A stretch of DNA of 60,164 bases, counting the filler, from Nemertoderma westbladi (Eukaryota > Animalia > Xenacoelomorpha), in the NCBI GenBank assembly GCA_032718475.1. It is 3 parts of 3 records of this genome, joined end to end, with 100 filler letters (N's around TTAATTAATTAA, not from the genome) between each part and the next. Parts side by side here need not be neighbours in the genome. Positions count along the whole stretch, not along the records: positions 27,553 to 54,265 come from JAUCBJ010007722.1; 2 more parts are not named here. One strand, 5' to 3'. How positions within the stretch are numbered: position 1 is the stretch's first letter; each line of letters begins with the position of its first letter. A model generated the notes under the pieces. That model was not told the DNA's origin. It made no database searches and was given only the letters and a program-made list of their open reading frames with translations. Below are positions 37,992 to 49,474 of this stretch, piece by piece. The translations under genes and the position numbers were made by a program.

Positions 37992-39300
37992 TTTTGTGGG
38001 GCGAGCCACGAAGTTGGCGGAGCCTTAGCGAATTGACACTGTTAGGGGGTGGGTCAATTTATGCAAATAGTTGTCGTCGTCGTCGTCGTCGTCGTTGTCG
38101 TCGTCGTCGTTGTCGTCGTCGTTACGATTTTGACATGCTAATAACTTTGTCGGATTTAAAGCTGCCAAGTTGAAAATTTGTAGGTATCAATATGAGCAAA
38201 AGTTGAGATTTTTGAGAGACTTTCAGACACCATCAGTGCAATGGTCTCCCGCTAGAGGGCCACATGTCTAAACATTAAATGCCCTCCCATTTCTTTGCTT
38301 TTAATCCGTTTAAGCTGAAACTTGGCAGATATGTATTAGACCATTAGCTGTGACTTTCAAAGGAGGCGAATCCATCTGCAGTTCTCCAGTCTGCCGCTAG
38401 AGGGCCAAAGGTCTGAAAGTGAAATCGTTGTCGTCGTTACGATTTTGACATGCTAATAACTTTGTCGGATTTAAAGCTGCCAAGTTGAAAATTTGTAGGT
38501 ATCAATATGAGCTAAAGTTGAGATTTTTGAGAGACTTTCAGACACCATCAGTGCAATGGTCTCCCGCTAGAGGGCCACATGTCTAAACATTAAATGCCCT
38601 CCCATTTCTTTGCTTTTAATCCGTTTAAGCTGAAACTTGGCAGATATGTATTAGACCATTAGCTGTGACTTTCAAAGGAGGCGAATCCATCTGCAGTTCT
38701 CCAGTCTGCCGCTAGAGGGCCAAATGTCTGAAAGTGAAATCGTTGTCGTCGTTATGATATTGACATGCTTATAACTTTGTCGAATTTAAAGCTGCCAAGT
38801 TGAAAATTTGTTTTGTTGAAAATCAGTTCAACAGTCACCCGCTATAGGACTACTTTATGCCTGAAAGTGAATAGATTCTCCCGTCTCATTGATTTTAATC
38901 AGTTTAAGCTGAATCTTGCCATATATTCTGGACCACATGCTGCGTCTTTGTGGGGGGGGGGGGGGGGGGGGGGGGGAGATTTAATCGGTCTGCCGCTATA
39001 CGACGAAATTTCTGAAAGTGAGATCCGTCTCTCATTTCGTTATCCGTTATTCAAGATGAAACTTGGCCGATGTACGTATGTACTATTCATCCATAGGCTG
39101 TGTCTTTGTGGGGCTGGAGACCCTAATCCATCTTCAGTTCTCACTATACCGCTAGAGTCAGAAATGTCTGAATAGAAATGAAAGAGGTAAAAAGTGATTA
39201 GGCGAAATCTGCTTAAAATTTGCTAATACAGTAATACTTTCGAATTAGTACTTAAATTAAATTTAAGTCACGTGCTGCGCGAAGGCCCCACTTCGTGTTT
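37992..39300 (+). mobile_element. HINE/DINE-1-like (Helentron-associated) non-autonomous element
   Basis: T-run start; short inverted motifs gtggggc/gccccac and cacgaagt/acttcgtg at the ends; (GTC)n at 38070-38121; 315-bp tandem unit (38121, 38436, 38751) related to the satellite at 42.1-46.0 kb. Confidence 0.65.
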
Positions 39301-39715
39301 CTATGTGTGTATGTGTGTGTGGGGGGGGCACTTTTTATTATGTATTGGTGAGCACGAACTATTCCATCCTGTATCACTATATACCTTGATGGCGGAGTTT
39401 CGTGGTTGAACTTTCAGTTTATTGCTAGTCAGTACAATCACACTACAAAGTAGTCCTGTAGTGTGACGTTGACAAGCACCAGCTATGTTAATTCCGTTAA
39501 CGTTTCACATCACCACTCTATTCGCATGGACTGGTTCTCAGATATATTTATTATTCTCGGTATAATATAATCGGTACCATCACTCACAAAACATCACCCT
39601 TACGGTACGTTATAGTCTGAATCTCCTCTCTCCCCAAGCATCCTACCTACTTTAGCACACCCCCCCAACTGAATCACAAGTAGGTAGTACGTGACTCAGT
39701 AACATAGTAACTTAC

Positions 39716-39852
39716 TTGTCCATCAATCACTGGCATTCTATGAACAACTCTCTTCTCTCTGAAGTCGATTCCAACAGTTGTGATAAACTTTGCATTGAAC
39801 ACTCCGTCGGTGTATTGGTAAAGGAAGCTGGTTTTCCCAACACCGCTGTCAC
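39716..39852 (-). CDS. Rab27: Rab27 GTPase, coding exon 2
   Basis: cgcag|(G)[45 protein letters not shown]|gtaagt; 137 nt, phase 1 to 0. Confidence 0.95.
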
Positions 39853-41061
39853 CTGCGATGAATTATTTGTTTTAAACAAAATTACCTTTTTGATTTGAAT
39901 ATCTTGCATTCCCAGCAAGGACTTATTTTAACAAGACACTCATTCATTGGCTATTCTTATAGGGTTGTATTGAGAGGGCGTAGGAAATATTATACAGTAT
40001 TAGTGATATTCGATTATATTAAAGAGTGAAAAACTATATAAACAAACATTTGTAGTTCGAAATATGGAATAAAGTTGCTCTTTAATAATTTCACTTCCCC
40101 GGGATAAACAGCGCATTAAAATTAAGTTAATTTACACAAATTATTTAATATGGAGGCCAATTTTATTAATTATTGTACTTTTCTATATTTCTAAAAATAA
40201 ATAATTAGTTGTTTTAAGTAGTTATTATTCTATATTTTCAGAATTACATACTTTTATATTTCTGAGAAATTAAGAAATGAAAACGAATTTGAAGGGCCAA
40301 TTCGTTTCTTAGTAAAATAAGAGAAATAAAATAAAAACGAATTGGTCCGAATTCATTATTTTAGGTTTACAGAAAAAACATAATAAATGGAGATTGGATT
40401 AATTACTGTATGTCCACTGGTCCACATTGTTCCGAGTTCTTAGAATGCAACTTCCTGTAATCGATCTATTTAAGAAGCAGATAAAGAAATCGACCGCAGT
40501 GAAATTGGTCTTTGACCCGGTTCCAATCAACATTAAAGCAGCATTTATATTTAATTGATTTCCGTGGAGAAATGTTATTAAGCAAGCAACACGTACTTAA
40601 GACTCCACATAAACTGCACTAGGCCGCATAATATAGCAGAATATATTTATCAATAGAATGCAATGACCGGAATTCCCAGGAAATTAATTACTTTTAAAAT
40701 TATTATCTTGGCGCCGAGGGACTTGGAAATTAATTGATTCAGAGTAAGGAAGGACAAAGAAGGAGTATGAATTTTGTTGTGTATGAATATTTTGCGTGAA
40801 TTTTGTTAATGTTTACATTTGAACTTCATTAAAACATTGGGATAATCTCTAAGACTAATGATCCCTATTTTTCTAAAAGAGTAGTTTTCATATTTTTCAG
40901 CTTCCATTATCACATTCATATGAATAGAGGTATGAAGGAACATCAACATAACTTCGGCTTTCTTAAATATGCCTTTTGGAACTGTATTCACCCATTCATT
41001 ACCCAATAAAGAGAGGATATATTACCCAATAAATAGTTTATATACAACCCCGAAGAAGTTA

Positions 41062-41263
41062 ATAGGGTTGGTGCACAAGGTGCCCTGAATCGAGTGGCGG
41101 GGTGTGTTTTTTGTAAAAACACGTGGAAACGGTCGAAATTGCAGGTTTAAGTAAGTGTACGCGTTTTTTACAAAAAACACACCCCATAACTCAATTCAGA
41201 GCACCTTTTTACCCCTTATTCATTTGTTTCTAGCGCAACAATTTTTTCGCGCACCAACCCTAT
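41062..41263. mobile_element. Tc1/mariner-derived MITE
   Basis: TA|atagggttggtgc ... gcaccaaccctat|TA (mariner-like TIR) with an internal imperfect palindrome (ggggtgtgttttttgtaaaaa / tttttacaaaaaacacacccc). Confidence 0.75.
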
Positions 41264-41812
41264 TATCGAAGAATACTTAGGCTTCCCTCACACGTAGCAA
41301 CTGTAACTTGTTCGCACTCAAATCAATATCACGATTACCATGAATTATAAACTACAGTACGAAAATGATGGAGATAAAAATAGGACCTGTCAGGGACGCA
41401 TCCAATTTACATCTTCAATTATCAATTTATTTCTTATTGCCAAGGGAGATTCCATTTCAATTGAAATCTGATAACAAAACTTAAATCAGTTTTATCCGAA
41501 CTGTCTGTACCTCCTAAACAGTGCTGTCTGTAGTACCCAGGCGACTGTACACATCATTCGGAATTCGAAATGGCATTCGTCACTATCATTATGCCTTCAA
41601 TCTGTGATGATTCTATTAAGGTTTAATAAATTTGTCTGGAACAGAAATGGTATTCGTAATTAAATTTATGTCAACAATGCGAATGGAGCAAATTATTCAA
41701 ATAGCTAATAACATAATTAAGGCCATATCAGTGGTGGGTGGGAGGTTAGTGTGCAATGGTTGAATCGTGACGATGTGTCTCAAACAGCGGGGGCGCGGCG
41801 GTTGAGTTTCTA

Positions 41813-43966
41813 TCTATATATATAAATATCATGTGTCTGTCTGTCTGTCTGTCTGTCTGTCTGCTTGTCTGTCCAAGCTATACGTTTCTACACACAAGCA
41901 CCAATCGGAGCTCGCGATACATCGAACGAAAGCTCTCGTCACGAGCACGTGCACTGTCGCTATCTCGAGTCTTATTTTACGCGTTTGTTTGCGTGAATGC
42001 AGATTTCGTGAATTTGGTACCGGTAGCGCAGTTAGGCCTAGCAGTTCATTCTGTCACTATACATGTTAGGTCCGACTATTATGCTACTTTTTGATACCAG
42101 ACTTAATCTGTTCTAAATGATACTTTGTAGATCTGTTCCCGACCATAGACTGTGTGTTTGGGAGGACACTGATCAATCTGCAGTTCTCCAGTCTGCCGCT
42201 AGGGGGCGAAATATCCGAAACTTAAAACATCTCCCATTTCGTTATTATTAAAGCCTTTTAGCTGATACATGGCAGAGGTCTTCTACACCATAGGCTGTGT
42301 GTTTGGGGAGGATGCTGACCAATCTGCAATTCCCCAGTCTGCCGCAAGGGGGAGAAATATCTGAAAGTGAAAACCTTATCCCATTTCTTTGTTTATAATG
42401 CTTTTTTGCTGATACTTGGCAGAGGTCTACTACACCATACAGCGTGTTTGGGGAGGAGCTAGAATCAGTCTGCATTTCTCCAGTCTACCGCTAGGGGGCC
42501 AAATGTCTGAAAGTGAAAACCTTATCACATTTCGTTATTAATAATGCTTTTAGGCTGACACTTGGCAGATGTGTATTACACCATTTGGTGAGTGTCTGTG
42601 GAGGACGCCCAACAACCTGCAGTTCTCCATTCAGCCGCTAGGGGGCGAAATATCTGAAAGTGAAAACCTTATCCCATTTCGTTGTTTATAATACTTATAG
42701 GCTGATACTTGGCAGAGGTCTACTACACCCTAGGCTGCGTGTTTGTGGAGAACTCTGACCAATCTGCAATTCCTCTGTCTGCCACTAGGGGGCCAAATGT
42801 CTGAAAGTGAAAACCTTATCCCATTTTGTTATTAATAATGCTTTTAGGCTGACACTTGGCAGATGTGTATTACACCATATGGTGTGTGTCTGTGGAGGAC
42901 GCCCAACTACCTGCAGTTCTCCATTCGGCCGCTAGGGGGCGAAATATCTAAAAGTGAAAACCTTATCCCATTTCGTTGTTTATAGTACTTATAGGCTGAT
43001 ACTTGGCAGAGGTCTACTACACCATAGGCTGCGTGTTTGTGGAGTACTCTGACCAATCTGCAATTCCTCTGTCTGCCACTAGGGGGCGAAATGTCTGAAA
43101 GTGAAAACCTTCACCCATTTCGTTATTAATAATGCTTTTATGCTGATACTTTGCAGAGGTCTACTACCCCCTAGACTGCGTTTTTGTGGAGAACTCTGAC
43201 AAATCTGCAATTCCACAGTCTTACCACTAGAGGGTGAAATGTCTGAAATGAATACCTTCTCCCATTTCGTTTTTTCTAATGCTTTTTTTTTATACTTGGG
43301 AAAGGTATACTACACCATAGGCTGTGTGTTTGGGGCGGATGCTAACCAGTCTGCAGTTCTCCAGTATACTGCTAGAGGGTGCGAAATGTCTGAAAAGTGA
43401 AAACATTCTCTCATTTATTTATTAAAAATGCTTTTAGGCTGATACTTGGCAGAGGTCTACTGTACTACATCATAAGCTGCGTCTTTGGGAAGGACGTTGA
43501 CCAGTCTGCAGTTCTCCAGTCCGCCATTAGGGGACGAATTGTCTGAAAGTGAAATCCTTCTCCCATTTAAATTATTTTAGAGTTTATTCTTGGCAGCGAT
43601 CTAAAAGTACTGTACAGTACCTACTAAACTAAATAAACTATAGTTTGTGTTTACGAGGATGATAACCACCTGCAGTTCTACAGTTTAACCTTCTTCCATA
43701 TTTTTACTATTTGTAATCCTTTGGAAATGATACTTGGCAGTTATTTATCTACTTTATACAACCTAAGTAGCATAATACGTTGTACGTTGTACGTATTATG
43801 TAGAAATTTGAAAAGTAAAACAGCTTCAGTCCTTTTGTTTGAGAGAACACTCAATCATGTGACGTTTTGTTAATTATGTTAAGTTAATTAATTAATCTAA
43901 TGTTTGGAATGGTGAATAGGCTTGTGAACTAGAAAGCCGTGGCCCGAAGGGCCACGGGCTTTCTAG
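41813..43966 (+). mobile_element. non-autonomous Helitron with 147-bp satellite core (copy A)
   Basis: A|TCtatatatataaatatc start, (CTGT)n, about 10-11 monomers of about 147 bp, terminal hairpin actagaaagccgtggcccgaagggccacgggctttCTAG. Confidence 0.85.
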
Positions 43967-46159
43967 TCTAATATATATAAATATCGATTGTCTGTCAGTC
44001 AGTCAGTCTGTCTGTGTGTTTGTCATCGGCTATACAATCGAACCCATCTCGATGAAATCTCGCTTGCTATAGCTCGTTAGAAAGGTCTCGCCCTAACTCG
44101 TTGCAACGTAATACTCAGAGTCGTCTGAAGTTCGCCCGTCTGCCGCTAGAGGGCGATTTTCGTGATTTTCGGGCGAAATTTATCGAATTATTTCGGTTCT
44201 TCTATCGGTAATTAATGATTTAGAGGGCTAACATTTATCCCACCTGGTATAAAATTAACATGGGTAGATTCGCCGTGTCCCATTCTCACAAAGTATTTAT
44301 TTTATTCGAGTGTTTAATATAAATATGTATGATTATTTATTGATTAAAAAACAAATAGTGTATAAATATGTCATATTCGCCAAGCACGATCGAATTGGCC
44401 TATTGTTATTGAATAGGGAAGGATTGTTTTCTGTAGCAACCTTAAGGTAATTATTGAACTCGCAGCTAGCTGGCTGGGCACAGATAAGGAGCAAGCAGGC
44501 TGGAGTGTTGATTGGGGTGGGTTTGGGTTGTAGTAATTCTGCTTTCTCAATCATTGGCTGCATGGAAGGAGAGGTTTATAACATTTTTGTTTTACTGTTA
44601 TGAATATTAAAAGTAAAAATAATTATTTCTATAGGCCTATACTTACTGTATTATTATGTTATCTAATATTATACATCTAATCTCGATGAAATCTCGCTTA
44701 CTATAGCTCGTTAGATAGGTCTCGCCCTAACTCGTTGCAACGTAATACTCAGAGCCGTCTGAAGTTCCCCCGTCTGCCGCTAGAGGGCGAATTATCCGAT
44801 AGTGAAAACCTGATCTTATTGGGTTGTTTTTAATGCTTTTGAGCTGAAACTTGGTAGCTATATACTGCAGCATAGGCTGTATATTTCCGGAGTCACTGGG
44901 TGGTCTACAGTTCCCCAGTCTACCGTTAGAGTGCTAAATGTCTGAGAGATAACATCTTCTCCAACTTTATTATTTACAATCCGTTTTGACTGAAACTTGG
45001 TAGGCATCTACTACAGCATAGGCTGAATCTTTACTGAGTCGCAAAGTCGTCTACAATTTCCCAGTCTACCGCTAGAGGGCGAAATGTTTGCAAGTTAACA
45101 TCTTCTCCAACTTTGTTATTTATAATCCATTTAGACTGAACTTGGTAGGCATCTACTACAGCATAGGCTATATCTTTACTGAGTCGCGCAGAGTTGTCTA
45201 CAGTACCCGCGTCTGCCGCTAGAGGGCGAAATGTATGAAAGTTAACATCTTCTCCAACTTTGTTATTTACAATCCTTTTAGACTGAAACTTGGTAGGCAT
45301 CTACTATAGCATAGGCTATATCTTTGCGGAGTAGTAGAGTCGTCTACAGTTCCACAGTCAGACGCAAGAGGGCGAATTGTCTGATAGTGAAAACCTCATC
45401 CCATTTGGTTCTTTTTAATCCTTTTGAGCTGAAACTTGGCAGGTATCTACTACATCCTAGGCTCTATCTTTACGGAGTTGCAGAGTCCTATACACTTCCC
45501 CAGTCTACCGCTAGAGGGTGAAATGTCTGAAAATTAACATCTTCTCCAACTTTGTTATTTACAAACGGTTTAGACTGAAACTTGGTAGGCATCTACTACA
45601 GCATAGGCTCTACCTTTACGGAGTCGCAGAGTTGTATACAGTTCCCCTATCTGCCGCTAGAGGGCGAATTGTCTGATAGTGAACACCTCATCCCAATTGG
45701 TTCTCTTTAATCCCTTTGAGCTGAAACTTGGCAGGAATCTACTGCAGCATATTCTGTATCTTTACGGAGTCCCAGAGTCGTCTACAGTTCTTCAGTCTAC
45801 CGCTAGAAGTCTGAATGTGAACATCTACACCAATTTTGTTATTTACAATCTGTTTAAGCTGAAACTTGAAAGGCAGGCATTTTACTTCACCATAAACCCC
45901 ACCTTTACCAAACTGCAGCGCCGTCTGCATTTCACCAGTCCGCAGGTAGAGGGTGGATCTGAAAGTGATCATTTTCTGGAAATTTTGTTATTTACAATCT
46001 GACTAAAGTTGAAACTTGACAGTTATCTCTTATGGGGGTGGTGTTTTATTTAATGATGGTGTCTGTTCCGTATGCAGTTCTCCAATCTCCCACACATATT
46101 CATATATCATCTGCACGTGCACTAGAAAGCTGTGGCCCGAAGGGCCACAGGCTTTCTAG
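43967..46159 (+). mobile_element. non-autonomous Helitron with 147-bp satellite core (copy B), head-to-tail with copy A
   Basis: TCtaatatatataaatatc start, (GTCA/GTCT)n, about 9 monomers, same terminal hairpin ending CTAG|T. Confidence 0.85.
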
Positions 46160-49100
46160 TATAATAATAAAGGCAGTCAGTCAACTTACTCAATACTATT
46201 TACTACTATTATAGGTTGAGCGAGCTCTGGCAGTGGAAATTAGGTCCTTCCAGGCAACCCGATTCGCCATGGTTGTCGCAATTTAATTTCTCACAAGTCC
46301 AGGATCGCTTTAGGTTAGGATTAGGGATACTGGAATTGTATATGTATACCCTCATAAATACCTGTCATGTAGCCGGTCGTCCACTGCTACGTCCACCCCT
46401 TATAAAAGTGCACTTCGTGGTTCAAGGGTCTTCATTTGATGGGAGATGTTTGATTTCCAGATAGTAACCATTTTTTTTTAATAAAACTACCCATGGATGG
46501 CTTTGGTTTCCTTAACTTCTATGGCTGTCTATCCATGACCAAAGGTACTGGAAGTCGTCAACTTTATTTTACGATTATTATCGATTGTGGTCAAGCTTCC
46601 ATTAATATTAAATCGCGCGAAATCGCGCAAAGGTCCGCGCCTACGAACGCATGAACTGTCTCCTTGAATGGCTTACTACCAATCTTACAACAATAATAAT
46701 TCACCGGAATGGGGGGGATTGAACTCGGTACCTAGAGATTCCAAGTCCCACGCTCTAAATTTAACAACAACACCAACACAAACACCAACAACGGAGTGAA
46801 TACCTAAAAAGATCGATTCCTCAGGTCGGATCATGTATCAATCAGATGATGTATTCAATCTTAGTATTATTTATGTGATGTGCAATCAAACCTCCTTAGC
46901 ATCCCTTTCCTCTTTGTTCAGTAGAAGTTGTGGACTTGCAAACGTAATAGAATGCAGGGCAATGTCAGTGTCTCGTATGTGTGACTGTATGGGATGATTA
47001 GGATATTATACATTCATATAGTGTGAAACCCAATATCTTCTTTACAAGTTGTGGCTGTTCTCAATGCGTAATCCAATACAATAATGAATAGTAATTTGTA
47101 ATTTGAGTTAGTATGTTACCTTACAGTATAGTACCCCAGCTAGGATTGAGAAAAACTTGGTTGCACCACCTGGAAATAATACCTGAGCTTCTGTGTTACA
47201 ATAAAGCCATCACAGTTACAACAGTTAGCCTATCAGCATTTCTAAAGAGAAAGGGATATAATATGTTATAAATCACATTTTCTTCATTTTTGATGCGCAT
47301 ATACTGCACTAGCGCCATAGTTATTACGAGCAAAGACTGAATTCTAATTTTCAACCTGTGCTATACCGATAGTTCCACACGAGGCCCAGACTCTGGGTGC
47401 ATTAGCTAGTTACAATTCTGTGGTTTACTTATCATTATACTGTTTATTAATAATATATGTGGAAGTTGAAGAGGCAAACTAGCTGAGTTGTCCCCCAAGA
47501 TCCATAGACTAACTATTAGAACCCCTTTGACCAGTAAAGCTACTGGTCAACAACAAACTCGCTTGGTATCTACAGTAGGTATCAACAAGTCATCCAACTG
47601 ACTTAGAGTGGTGGGCGGCCTGGGCCCGGTCTCTACTGTATGGGGTTTGGACATACGGCGCCGAACACTTCTCAAAGACTATACTTTACTGAAAGACACA
47701 TTTTCTCTCGTTTTCATTATATACCTAACTTTTCAATCTATTTATTACAAATACCTTTTAAAGAAACCTGAATGTAGATGGAAATGTTTGGAAATTTCAT
47801 ATAGATTTTCCGATTAAACATTTTAATAATTATTTTATTTAGCACATTCTGATAATATATAGTAAAACACAAGTAGAGTAAATACTAGAAACAAGGGATT
47901 CTTGTTTAGATGTGTTTAGGTGGTCTTGTCTTGACTCTTGTGGTCGTAACTACGGATGAAATATACTTTTCCGGAAATTTCCTTGGAAAAGATATTTTTG
48001 GAAAACTCACATCCCTATATATATTAGACGTGGAAATTAGAAATTTGAAGCATGTTCCTGTTTATATCAGTATAAAAATATCTGATCAAAAAATGCAAGA
48101 ATAGAAAGTGAAAAAAAATAATTTCATAAGCTACAATAATTATTTATTACATAGGAAAAAAAAATGTTCAACGTTTTTTCCTATGTAATACGTAATTTTA
48201 TTCTTAAATTTGCACTTTTTTGTTGCTAAATTCTGTAATAAAACATAGCGATATACTACAGTACAGTTGAGTTACAAAATAAATTGAACTGTAGTATTTT
48301 ACTATATTGCATCCATAGTTACTGCGATTCTAAATTATTGTACTCTTCAACTCCTGATGCTGCCTTACTCAATGTTAAATAATTTAGTGTTCTCGAATAT
48401 TTATTACGTAACTAGAGAGCCGCTTAACTACATAAACCAATATTAGATATTGAGTTCCGTTTTGGTGTAGGCCACGCAGACACTAAGGTTTCAATAACTT
48501 TTGAGTGTGTGAATGGATTGAGCTCAAATTACTTTACCTTTTCTGCATACTTTTTATACATGTAATAAAATTTATAAAATCCCACCAAAAATATTTTACT
48601 TTACTTTTTTCGCCGGGAAAAAAAAGTAAAATCAACGCATTCCTATTAATTACTTTTTTTCCCTATGGAAAAAAAGTGAAACTTTTTCTCCCGATTTTGG
48701 GGTATATATTCGAGCGAAAAGTGACAATTTAAGAATAAAAATATTTACTGTTTCTCACACTAACGTTTTTTTGTTTTTCATATATTTTGGGAAAAAAACG
48801 GCAAAATTCAAAATTGCCATGTTCGGTTTCAGTTCATTTCCGGTTCGGCTCCTCTATAGTTCGGTCGGTCCATACAGTTGCGGGGTCGTGTGGGCCTCCC
48901 TCCCCCTCCCCACCCCTAAATACGGCCCTGAACTAGATTCCCTGACACCATGCCAGCTACAACTACTCCCGGAATTCCATTAGAGCTTGATTTCCAGCAT
49001 TTATTTTTACCTCTTTGGGTGGAGTCAATCTCTGTAGCACTAGTATCCGAGCTATTGATTATCTATTACGTTGAAATCCATTTAGGTTCTTATGCAGTAC

Positions 49101-49398
49101 TGTGAGTATCTCTATAGTCAGTGCAGATCACTTTAACTATTAATTTATTCTTATTATTCATGTCATAATAATTGAACAGTATTTTCCCGGTGGGCAACTT
49201 TATTACAGAGATTATTGATTATGAAGCATGAAGGAAGGTATTAGATAATTTTTAGTTAATGAAGTAGTATATTTGGTACGTTAAAAATTTGTATGTTTAC
49301 TTAACAATTTTGAATTTGTTTTGGATTTTGTTTACTTATTTTCGTCGCAAACTTATTATTAATAAATAATAAATATAAAAATAATAGAAAGTACTTAC

Positions 49399-49474
49399 CT
49401 AGGGCTAGAAATTTGATGAGGTAATCATATTCTCCAGCAAGTCCATCGGACTGTGACAAATCTTTGTGAGACAT
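49399..49474 (-). CDS. Rab27: Rab27 GTPase, coding exon 1
   Basis: ATG MSHKDLSQSDGLAGEYDYLIKFLAL+G|gtaagt; 76 nt. The four exons total 705 nt (234 aa + stop) with matching phases. Confidence 0.93.

Noticed and set aside
46705-46760. tRNA gene on the minus strand
   Set aside because: Only a partial anticodon/T-arm-like stretch (GAGTTCAATCC) without an acceptor stem; more likely a decayed SINE head.
47635-48930. TIR element bounded by actgtatgg...ccgaac / gttcgg...ccatacagt
   Set aside because: The inverted match is short and gapped and no TSD was found; probably a repeat, but boundaries are unsupported.
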